64,000 nucleotides of DNA from Zygnema circumcarinatum SAG 698-1b (lineage: Eukaryota; Plantae; Zygnematophyceae). Under the pieces are notes generated by a model. The model was not told the DNA's origin. It searched no databases and saw only the letters and a list, made by a program, of their open reading frames with translations. This document shows, piece after piece, positions 1 through 10,319 of the stretch (positions within the stretch are counted from its first letter, which is position 1; each line of letters opens with the position of its first letter). The position numbers and the translations under genes were made by a program. The stretch is from contig CM074821.1 in the NCBI GenBank assembly GCA_037447605.1, positions 1,984,001-2,048,000 of the forward strand, in the 5' to 3' direction.

Positions 1-3000
1 ACCAGTTGAACTGCTGCTACTTTCAAAAGTTTACAGAACGGAGACTGCATGAAGGCAGGCAGTTGTGGCAGGTACACACTGCAGGACGAGGTTCTGAATG
101 GCGGGCGTGTCCAGCATCTGCTCAAGCTGCTCGATGGTCACGCGCGCACTCTCACTCGACTTGCCTGCGGCCCAATGTCCCCCAAAACTTCTCTTCTTGA
201 GATGACTGCTGCCCCTTTCAGGTTCACATAAACATGCAGAGGAACCCAGACTTGAAAAACTCACGAATTCACCAAATGTAGACGTTGAGAAACAAAAGCC
301 CTCACCATTCCCATTCCCATTCCCATTGCTGCCGCTGCCGGCGTATCCCGACCAGCCGGCCCAACTGCCGGCCTTGTCATCCACCACCTGCCCCGCAGGA
401 GGAAGGACTCACCCTAACAAGTCAATGCGATAGTCAAACAGCGCGAACGAGTATGGATTCATGGCATAAGCAGACGAACACAATTGCCTGACATGGAGGT
501 CCGTTGTCTCTGAACAGCGGGTTTCACATTGTTTTAATTATGGAAACAACATTTTGCGAGAGGACGAATCCTACCCCGGGGTATGATGAAAGTTACGATC
601 TTTAAGTACACCTCGAAGCTCCGCTACATTTCCTTTTCACAAAAAACTACAAGAGGTGCATTGCTAGCCTTGAAAGGGTGCATTCTGCGCCATGTATCTT
701 ATCATATAACTTGTGAACGACCCTAATAAACGATCATTCATAGGCAAGAGAAAGGCTGACCTCCGTGTCTTGAAAGAAGCGCTTCTTGGAATCCTTCTCT
801 TGCTGCTTGGAAGGTGCAGCACCGGCATCGGAGGGGGCGGTAGATGCGTCCGCCGCCTTCGCCTCCACGTCCCGGAAAACCGCCGCTGCTTCCACGCCCG
901 ACACATGTAGCAAATGCGCCAACAAATCCGTTCAACGGCAGTCCTTTCCAAGTTTCCCCAGAATCCAGGATCCCAGTTGCGGGCCATTACGGACTCGGCC
1001 TGCGGAATAATGCTCTAAACAATAGAAATCGATTCAGAGAACTCCCAACACAACAAATGCAAGAGCAAGAAAGGGCCGCGCATGCACAACTTTTCTACAG
1101 TAGGGTCTACATGGTTGAAAATGAACAAAGAGGGCAAAACAGGGCTTACTTTGTCTTGGTGGAGGAGCAGTATTCTCAGTGGAGACTGATGTGCTGGATT
1201 GTGCAAAGGGTGAAGTTACAGGTTCTTCCCTTTTGGTGGTTGCAGGTGGTGGAGGAGGGGGGGGAGGAGTGAATGCCGCGGGAGGGGTGGGAGGGAAACC
1301 TCCTTGAGGAAATGGGGGGAAGGGAGCATTGGGTCCGAAAGGGGAGTCGGAGCCCCTCATCTGATTCATCATCTGTTCCATAGCTAATTTCTGCACATCA
1401 GAAGGGCGCCCAGCGATTACGTCAACAAGTTGTTGCATTAAAAACAGGACGACGACAAGGAGGATGTACAATCCTTCGACAGGCAAGTCTTTTCCAGAAG
1501 TTCCTTCTATCTTACTACTTCATATTGAAGTGTTTGTCGCACTACTCGAAAGTCTTTAACCAATCCCGCAAAAACAGCTCAGCTCGCTGGATTTTCTCCA
1601 GAGTGAATGGATCACTATCCTTCAGCCTTGCCAAGTTGCAAAAAGGTTTCAAGGGCATGATTTTCAACTTCTGCACTAGCAGTCACCAAGTAAGAGCCAC
1701 AACCATTGGCATCGTCGGAGTGCAGATTGCTCACCATAAGGCGTTTCTTCAACCACTCCACAGTCTGTGTTGCAGTCGTTTGAAACCCAAACAAGCCCAA
1801 CAATGGTAACCCACGGTATCAAAATCAAGATGCGAAAGTACTAGCAAGTATATTCAAGCTCTACTGGAAAGCAACCATTGGCGTTAAACAGTCATAATCA
1901 ACCTTTCCAAGAGGGGCTTGGTCAGAAAGATAGAATTTCCCGTAGCAGAGCACTTCATGGGATGCTTGAGAACGCTCATCACTACATAGGAACCTCCAGA
2001 GTGTATGCCCGTTAAGTGGGCATTAGCTTAGAAGGGTTCTCTTTAAGACTAGTTAAAGATATAAAGGGCAACAGGTCATTGCCTTAGAAGAGTTTCAATA
2101 ATGACCGATTCCATGTTGCAACCCCCCTGATCGAATAAAGATCCCTGTCCAGACGGTATTCCATTAAAGGGTTGGCTGTAAAACTCATTTTCATGGTAGT
2201 CTTCTTGGCTATTCCAATCTTTCCAGTTTTGGAAAGTCCGACCTTTGAAATTACGACTCGAGAAATGGCCGAAACTAATTTCTAGTACTTGAATGGGGTC
2301 ACACATACTCTTAGTTGTTTCGAGAGCTAGGATAATTAACAACCACTATTCTTCTTCAATTCTTACTCCGGTGTGAAGCAAACTGCTGACTTACTCGTGT
2401 CACGACGACACAAAGGGCAACTCCAACTCCCACCCAAAGCAGTGGCGATCCTCTGAAGATTCCACACCCCAAACAATTGAGAAACTTGAAAGGGTTACCG
2501 TTGATTTACACAGTATGTTACAATCACAGCCTCACATCGCATGCCGATAACGAACAAGGACCTCTGCACATCAACACTGTCCGCAGACAAGTGCAGTATA
2601 CTAATGAATCAAGGAGGACAGTGATATGTGCTAAGGAGGAATTACAGTTTTTCGATCTATTACCGAAAACATTCCTTGGAAAATGTCATTTCAACTGCTA
2701 CTCGCTTTGCATTTCTTAATATCGTCCATTTTCTTGGCAAACAGACTTCCTGCTCTTCCAAAAGAACTTCTCTCCAACAAACTCTAACTCACAGAAGAAT
2801 ATCTCCAGAAAACCGGGCAACCTCTCAATTCTTGTAGCTAAACGATATAAAGTCAAGGCATGCGTGATGCAAAAATGGATTGCTTCATGTCAGAAAATAT
2901 ATCCCGTTCTAGTCCTGCCAGGACTTGTTCGATCCAAGTATGTTTAAGCAAAAACTTTGGACCAGTTAGCTGTGTGCTGCTTGAACATCTCTACTTTCCC

Positions 3001-3738
3001 CCGTAAGGCATATGACATTCATGCAATTAGCAGAACTACAGCATGAAGCTGTTCAAAATGACATGCAGACAACGTTTGAGCTTACGGGTAACTGTCTGAA
3101 GAAGAAACCGCAGGTGGTGATGAAGCCGACTGCGACGATGTGGTGAGGCTTGCAAACTCCGTTGTTTGAGTCCCCCGATTTTCTGCATTGTTTATCTTCC
3201 ATACAAATTCATCGTTAATAAAGGATTCTGCTGTTCTCTATTTCCCTTCAAGCCTGGTTTGGAATGTATGTCGTAAAACAGTAGACGACATACGCTTTTC
3301 CTTACGAAGAGTAGCGCCGGCAAATGGGACAAGAATGAATGGAGCGTGCGAGAGAGAGAGCCCCTCAAGGGGAAAACAACAGTAGAGTGGGACAAGAGGA
3401 AGGGAGGAAAAGCGAAAGTGGAGAAGTATGTGTCGGGGAACATAAAGATACGAGGGAACGGAGAAAGAAGCGGGAGGAGCGGGGGAAAAACACAATGAAG
3501 CCTTGCTCCTGGCAGCCCCACCTGCTGCACTAGACCCTACAGTAGAGCCATGGCTTCTCGCAGTCGCAGCGACTTGAAATCTCCGCAGCTGCCGGCTCCA
3601 TGGCGCTGCTGTGAAGCTCACGCTCAGCTGGGGGGGCAGCCGCAGACGAAGGGGAAGGGACAACGGCTCGGCTGCTGCAGCACCGTTGAACTGCAAAGGA
3701 AAGAAATGAAGAGGACGAATGCGAGTACTGAGCTCCAT
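1..3738 (-). CDS. TIC40: Multi-exon TIC40-family chloroplast inner-envelope co-chaperone; 3' end lies beyond the left edge of the window
   Basis: ATG at 3738 begins a transit-peptide-like MELSTRIRPLHF...AAAAEPLSLPLRLRL. Exon ~2452-2395 encodes GSPLLWVGVGVALCVVVTR (TIC40 transmembrane segment, cf. GSPLFWIGVGVG) and ends at a GTAAGT donor. Exon from ~1390 encodes KLAMEQMMNQMRG...PFPPFP. Exon ~900-750 has KQQEKDSKKRFFQD. Exon ~210-80 has VTIEQLEQMLDTPAIQNLV (cf. LSVEALEKMMEDPTVQKMV). Divergent, so it could be a paralog. Confidence 0.72.
1480..2340 (-). pseudogene. Candidate endogenous viral element: degraded Bunyavirales-like L-protein RdRp core inside a TIC40 intron
   Basis: Hand translation over three frames gives, in order: ISKVGLSK (2251-2228), YSIRGVATWNRS (motif A-like, W at 2113), AFQ*SLNILASTF (motif B-like, 1872-1834), MVSNLHSDD (motif C, HSDD at 1722-1711) and TFE*CDKHFNMK** (motif D-like, 1553-1512). 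Two frameshifts and several stops. Confidence 0.55.
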
Positions 3739-4515
3739 GTATCCAGTTTTCAAGTTTCTTTTCCTCGGGAATCAGTGGCTGCTAAAAGGGGGAGTTGGGA
3801 GTTTTAAGGTCCGTTGACTTGTTTCAAAAAAAAAGGCCTTAGTTGCTGCTAAGGGTTTGATGAAACAGAGCCGCAAACTCCTCATCCAGGAGAAAAGCGA
3901 CAGAGTTGAATGCTTCAATAATTCATAAGAGAAACAAGTCGACAGTTGCATGTAGTTCAGCAAAAGCACGACCACTACTGCGGGCATTCTATAAATTTCA
4001 GGAGTAAGCGTGACCTTCTAGTACAATAATATCAGGAAACTCCAGAAACCCTGAAAACAACTTTCAAAAAGAGGGCAAGGTGCGCCTGTAACGACCTAAC
4101 AAGTGCAAGTAATGACTCGATAAAGCCATGCGATTGTGGAGTCTTCCCGAAGCTGAGCAAAGCCAGAGCAATGTCCACTTACTCTAAGAACAGTGACAGC
4201 TGGCGAGCAAGTCGAACAGTGGGCCGGCGAGCCGAGAGCGGAAGGCTGCATAGCGACCTTCGCGAGAGCGGAGATAGATGCACGCGCGACAGAGCTGGCG
4301 AGGCGAGGCGAGGCGAGGCGAGGCGAGGCGCGGCAGCAGGCAGCAGGCAGGGAACCGGCCTCAGCACTCGGTACTCTGGCAGGCAGGCGGGCAGGAGGGG
4401 AGAGTAGGGGAGGGCCCGCCAGATGAGGCGGAGGGGGCCGCGCCGCCACCGCCGTCCTCCCGGACGGACGGAATCTTCAGCGGCGGCACGCGCACACTCG
4501 CTGTCGTTTGCAACC

Positions 4516-5082
4516 TTTGGGTTGGGTTGGGTTGGGTTGGGTTGGGTTGGGTTGGGTTGGGTTGGGTTGGGTTGGGTTGGTTTGGGTTGGTTTGGTTTGG
4601 TTTGGGTTGGGTTGGTTTGGTTTGGTTTGGTTTGGTTTGGTTTGGTTTGGTTTGGTTTGGTTTGGTTTGGTTTGGTTTGGTTTGGTTTGGTTTGGTTTGG
4701 TTTGGTTTGGTTTGGTTTGGTTTGGTTTGGTTTGGTTTGGGTTGGGTTGGGTTGGGTTGGGTTGGGTTGGGTTGGGTTGGGTTGGGTTGGGTTGGGTTGG
4801 GTTGGGTTGGGTTGGTTGTTGGTTGGGTTGGTTGTTGGTTGGTTGGTTGGGTTGGTTGTTGGTTGGTTGGTTGGTTGGTTGTTGGTTGGTTGGTTGGTTG
4901 TTGGTTGGTTGGTTGGTTGGTTGTTGGTTGGGTTGGGTTGGTTGTTGGTTGGTTGGGTTGGTTGGGTTGGGTTGGGTTGGGTTGGGTTGGGTTGGGTTGG
5001 GTTGGGTTGGGTTGGGTTGGGTTGGGTTGGGTTGGGTTGGGTTGGGTTGGGTTGGGTTGGGTTGGGTTGGGTTGGTTTGGTT
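4516..5082. repeat. Compound pentamer microsatellite (TTGGG)n/(TTTGG)n with a central GGTT/GTT-variant block
   Basis: Directly visible. Approximate blocks: TTGGG 4517-4580, TTTGG 4581-4737, TTGGG 4738-4813, mixed GGTT/GTT 4814-4965, TTGGG 4966-5075. Confidence 0.97.
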
Positions 5083-5113
5083 GCCCATGCCTCCTTCACA
5101 AAGGAAAAAAACT

Positions 5114-5391
5114 GGATCATTGGATCAACCATTACAGTGGGTGCGAACCATTGATTCGCGACCCACCAACCATTGCCAATATTTGCAACCATTGGAATGG
5201 TTCAGACCATTGATTCGGAACCCGAACAACCATTGCCAATGGTTGCAACCATTGGAATGGTTCAGACCACTGATTCGGAACCCGAGCAACCATTGACAAT
5301 GGTCCAAACCATTGGCAAACAGCCAACCATCGCCATCCGCTGGCTGTCCAATGGTTGGCGATCCCATGGTCCATCCTTCGCGTGCCGCGGC
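5114..5391. repeat. Palindromic AACCATTG/CAATGGTT minisatellite, copy A (60-bp internal period, imperfect terminal inverted repeats)
   Basis: Lines 5161, 5221 and 5281 align at a 60-nt period. GGATCATTGGATC (5114-5126) matches the reverse complement of GATCCCATGGTCC (5360-5372) at 11 of 13 positions. Confidence 0.85.
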
Positions 5392-5812
5392 TAGCTGGTG
5401 GTGCTGGTCCTCCTCCCTTCCAGTCCCTTCCCGCCTGCCCCGTCAGCGGTCGGGTCGGTCCGCCCCGGGGCTGCCCGCCGCTGGGGGAGTCTTCACTGGT
5501 CGGACCATGAGGCCATAGGGCTGCGTTGTTGAGCCTAGGCGTCGTTTTCCGCTCCTAGCTTTTTTCTTTTTTGCTTAGGTCCTTTGCGCCCAGTTCCTCG
5601 TGGTTCCCCATGCTGGATTTGTCCATGTTCATTTGATGGCCTCGCCATCGTGAGATCAATGCCGCTTCCTTCATGACCATTAGTGGTTACGGTATCAGAC
5701 TCAACAAAACTTCAGTATGTTTGACACCAGAACGAGTACTGCGGTAACATCACGACCCCCCTACAGAGGAGTACTATTATTTTCAGTCAAATTTGTTAAG
5801 TCTGGTACCCCC

Positions 5813-6268
5813 TATTGGATCAACCGTTGTAATGGTTTCGAACCATTTATTCGCGACCCAGCCAACCATTGCCAATCGTCGAAACCATTGGATTCAATGG
5901 TTGCCAATCCTGGCCAATGGTTGCGAACCATTGGTTCGCGACCCAGCCAACCATTGCCAACGGTTCGATAACCATTGAATCCAATGGTTCGAACCATTGC
6001 CGTAGGACCAAAACAACTATCGCCAATGGTTGCAAACATTGGATGGCAATGGTTACCACCAGCCAACCATTGCCAATGGTTCGATAACCATTGAATGCAA
6101 TGGTTCGAACCATTACCGTAGGACCACAACAACTATTGCCAATGGTTGCAACCATTGGATGCAATGGTTACCAACTATTCCAATGGTTTGGATCTTCCAA
6201 CCATTGCCATCCAATGGTTGTCCAATGGTTGCCGATCCAATGGTCCGACCTTCGCAATGCTCGCGGCT
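5813..6268. repeat. Palindromic AACCATTG/CAATGGTT minisatellite, copy B (116-bp internal duplication)
   Basis: Same start (ATTGGATCAACC...TTCGCGACCCA) and end (CCAATGGTTG.CGATCC.ATGGTCC..CCTTCGC) as copy A, in direct orientation. Units starting at 5943 and 6059 are near-identical. Confidence 0.85.
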
Positions 6269-6497
6269 TTCGCTCGGCCGACCAGCCAGCCAGCCAATGC
6301 CAATGGTTGCTACCTAACGCTGGCGATTCAACTGGTACCAACCATTGGCTAGGCAACCACGCGCCAGCAAGCAAATGGCGCGCGTCACCGGGCGGCCGCC
6401 ATTGGCGCGCTCGCGTGGCTTTATTTTTTGCCCGCCCGCCCCACCACTGCCGCCCCCTATACGGTAGCGGGAGGGAGGGAGGGAGGGAGGAGGAAGA

Positions 6498-9113
6498 ATG
6501 GCGTCAAGGGGCACGGGTGCGTCCCTGCGCCTGCGCACAGCCGCCCTCGGGCTCGTCCTTCTTCTGCCCGCGTGTGCCATGGCGCCGTGCGCCTGCCACC
6601 CTGCGTACCCGGCTCAAGTGCCCGTATTCGGCCTCGTAAACGAAACGGATGCGGAGGCACAGGCAGAGCAGATGTTGCCTGCTCAGCAGACACACGACAT
6701 GAGAGGCGGAAAAGAAGCGGAGGAGACTTCGGATTTTGGAAGCTTGGACAGCATGCTGCAGTGGGCCATTTGTGAGTCGTTCGTTTGCCTTCTTTCGTCA
6801 AACCACCTTTCGCAATGTGGCTCGCTGGAGATTTGCAGGACCTGCCGCAGGCTCTTTCTATCGGCTACTCTTTAGCAAACGTTCACCGCAAGTAGCCTGA
6901 TTATGCTTTATTCTTCCAAAGTGTGCAGCACATTCGGATGCGGAACAGCTTTCAGCAGCTGCGCAGGAAGTACAAACAATGAGTCCCGAGCAGCTGGCTC
7001 TGAAACGGCAGCACATCAAGGTGACATCTACGATACCCTTGTCGTCGACTTTTTTTTTTTTTTAAACGGTGCGCTGCAAAGCTGTAGAGTACTAACCTGC
7101 TCGGGTGGGATGGCTCGAGCGTGCCGCGTTGCGTTTCTTCACTTTACTCATTTCAACAATAGCTTATGGTTCGAATGGAGTGTCTCTATTAGAGCAAGTT
7201 CGATGAACCTCATGTGTAGATAATTCTTTGCCCTCTGCCAACAGTACAGCAGGATCAATTAAAGTTAGTTCGAGGGTTTGAATGATTTCAGGACGTTGTG
7301 GAGGCTATGCGCATGCCATCGGATGCGGAACTTATGAAGGTTGCAATTTCGGATTTGCTCAGTCAATCGCCGTCCCGAGAAATACTTATGCGAGCTCTGG
7401 AGGAGCTGCTTCACTTCGTGGAGCCAATTGACAATGCGAACGGTATCTCTTCCATTGCCTTTGGTCGTTATCCAGGAACGCAGTTATCTTAAAAGTTTAG
7501 CCGTAGATCGCAAAACAAGAGGCGTGTGACTTTTGAAAAAATTTAGAGAGCTTGAAAAATATTTTGAGCCTGATAACTGGGAGTCTTCATGTCTCTGAAG
7601 GCCTTTCATGCTGAAAGTATAGGGCGGAATCTGGATTAGAATGTTTTTGGTAACTGGAACTACTGAGGGGATAGGTGGCTGAAAATTCCTGCCCGAAGGC
7701 GGCATAATCATGACTCTCATTGTGGTTGGGCATAGCTTGCCCTCTCTGTGATTGGAAATTCATAATGGCCATGTCCATATAGCGCACTTATCGTAATTAG
7801 CAAGTAAAAAGTTGTTGCCTTCACAAGTGTAACCACCCTCCTCCGTTTACTCCAAATGGAGATCATCATTCTTCTCATATCTGGGGTCTTCATAGGGGAA
7901 CACGTGAGGCTCAGATTAAGTTTCCGGTGCTATGTCCTTTTGATGAAGCTGGCACATGACACTTTTGCTACTCCTTTCTCCGTATCGCTGACCGTCAGTG
8001 AGTGCACATTGGGATTCTTGTGGCTAAGTACTAAGTAGTCCAATGAACTAGCTATAAATTTGCTATACTCGTCGCATCTAATGGTTGCATCAGCGGTGAT
8101 GGGAGCACAAGTCGATGATTAAATCCAGTGTAGACGAAATGCCTGAGACCATGGCGTAGGGATTGCAGATCTGCACAAGTTGGGAGGCCTTGCTGCAATT
8201 GCAAATGTGCTGCAGCATGCAGACGCAGAGGTCCGCACTGCGGCTGCTTGGGTGGCAGGGAAGGCAGCACAAAACAACCCGACAGTACAGCGGCAGGTGC
8301 GGATCCCTTGTGTTACCTTACTGTTCTTCCCCGTTACAATGCAAAGGAGGATGGATTGCAGGGGAACTGCACTAGTATGTGTACCTGTAAAGACCATTTC
8401 TAGGGAAGCAGTGCATTGACAAAAAGTGCCGTATTGAGTTCCTTTTGCAGTTGCTGGATGAGGGGCTCTTGAAGCTGCTTTTGGCCATGACGACTGCTCC
8501 TGATGTGGAAGAAGCTGTGAAAGCCCTGTATGCCGTTTCAGCATGCATCAGGAATCACGTGGAAGGTCAAGAAGCATTTTACGATTGGGGTGGCACGGAG
8601 CACCTCGTTCGGCTGATGGGGGCGACTAGCGACGTTAGGCTGCGAAGAAAGGCGGTCTTTTTAGCGGGGGCTCTGGCAGAGGAACAGAGTGAGGGAAAAA
8701 CATCTGTTCAGCCGATGTCTCAAAGGCTGACTACACCATTACTTTGCGGGGTGCTTGAACTTACCCTCGATGATGGCGACCTTGACATGCAGGAAAAGGT
8801 ATGCCTGCCTGGAGATTTCCTTGAACCGGATGCTCAATTTCTCAAACGTTCTGCCGTTGCCTTCTCTTGCCAGCGCTGAAGCGAGTTGTTTCTGAAACTA
8901 CAGGCACTGCAGGCCCTCCAAAGTCTCATGAATGTGGGACCAAGCGTACGGCAGTTACTGCGGGAGGAATGCGAGGCGGCGGCTGTTCTTCGGCGATGCA
9001 AAGAAGTCCTTCAAAATGCCGCAGCTTCAGATCCTTCTGTAGCGGAATACGCAGAGGAGGTTGACATGCTTCGGCAGGATGTCGAGTCTCACCTCCTGGA
9101 GCGGGACATGTGA
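6498..9113 (+). CDS. Multi-exon SIL1/FES1 (HspBP1-like, ARM-repeat) Hsp70 nucleotide exchange factor with N-terminal signal peptide, probably the ER form
   Basis: Hydrophobic leader AALGLVLLLPACAMA; LDSMLQWAI|AHSD; MPSDAELMKVAI; ALEELLHFVEPIDNAN|DLHKLGGL; AAWVAGKAAQNNPTVQ; KALYAVSACIRNH; LRRKAVFL; DMQEK|ALQAL; stop at 9111-9113. Canonical GT-AG joins. Confidence 0.85.
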
Positions 9114-10319
9114 CAGTATCATTCTCTACAAGATTCGTCACCTTGGATATGTACCGGGAAGGTACAAGATGGCGCATACTCGTTTCCACCTCCAAGAACT
9201 TGCCATATTCTGCTCGCCTGGCCACGTTTTAAAGAGCGGTGGGAGGAATACGGGCCGCTTTGTTGCCCATAAACGGGATGGTCCTTCAAAGGCTCTTACA
9301 CTTTTTTCACACAAGGGCACTGCATCTTGCAAGCTGGTATATAGTGGAAATTAGATACAAATTTTGTCTCAAGTGAGGACGTTTGTGCAAAGGAAAATCA
9401 TTTCGGTGCCCCAGAAACTGTAGATAAATGACAGGTAGTTCAAGTTATAACCATACTACGATAGTTTGGTCCATTTGAGTCGCAGTAAACTTAGAGCCGC
9501 TCGCTGTCCCCTGCAGATGTTGACCTATAGCAAGAGCAGAGTATAGGTGCGATCTTAGGTTGTGAAGTTCAGGGGTATGACAGCGGTATGCATTTGTACC
9601 GTCCCTTGTAAACCGAGGAAGAGCAATTGGAGCTCATCAGGCACCCGTGAATCTGGTATTGCGTCTGTCTCGAGATCGAATACCGGTGACCTTGCCCTCG
9701 TCTGTTTTTCTCAGCCCCTGGGTGTGCACGTGAGTGCGTGATTCCCCTCTCCTGGAAGCCTCTGTGTGGTCTGCAGCCTCACTGCTACGAGCATTGTTGC
9801 TTCATTTTGTAACGCACTGCAGTGCGTTCAGCAACTTTCCACTCGTTCATGTCACGACCCTCTCTCTCCCTCCCTACCTCCCTCCCGCGTTTCATCCTGC
9901 GGGCCCTCTCCCTCCCCTGCTGATGCTGCTGCCTGCCGCTGCACGGTCGCTGCAGCACGGCCTGCCTGACTGCCTGCCTTCCTCTCCGTGCTGACTGCTG
10001 AGGCGAGGCTATGTCCCGCGTGTCCATGCGTGATAGCGTTCCAGGCCAGTCCAGTCCAGTCCGACGGAGAGAGGCGGGCGGGCGGGCGGCGGCCACGGGC
10101 CAATGGCGCGCTCGCGCCGCGCCGCGTCAGCCGCCAGCGCGCGGACGGACGGATGCCTGCGGATAAGCGCCCCGCCCCGCCCTGCCCCTTAGAAGATATA
10201 TCGCCCGCGCCCGACCCCGCCCCTCCCGCCTTGTTCTGCGCCTGCTCCCTCCCTCCCGCGCCTGCTCGCTCTCCCTCCTCCACTTGGCGTGCCCTCGTCT
10301 TGCACTGCTGCCTGCTGCC

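Noticed and set aside
4516-5082. Interstitial telomere call
   Set aside because: TTGGG/TTTGG is not a telomere unit I can assign to green plants (TTTAGGG-type), and there is no chromosome-end context.
4179-5296. Long ORFs of 200-337 aa (PTQPN, GLGWV repeats) on both strands
   Set aside because: Translations of the TTGGG/TTTGG microsatellite, which simply lacks stop codons.
5114-6268. CRISPR-like repeat/spacer array
   Set aside because: Eukaryotic context, no unique spacers, degenerate variable units and no cas genes.
6330-6425. ER-stress element upstream of SIL1
   Set aside because: ATTGG-N8-CCACG and ATTGG-N8-CGTGG are present, but neither matches the canonical ERSE (CCAAT-N9/10-(C)CACG) or ERSE-II spacing and orientation.
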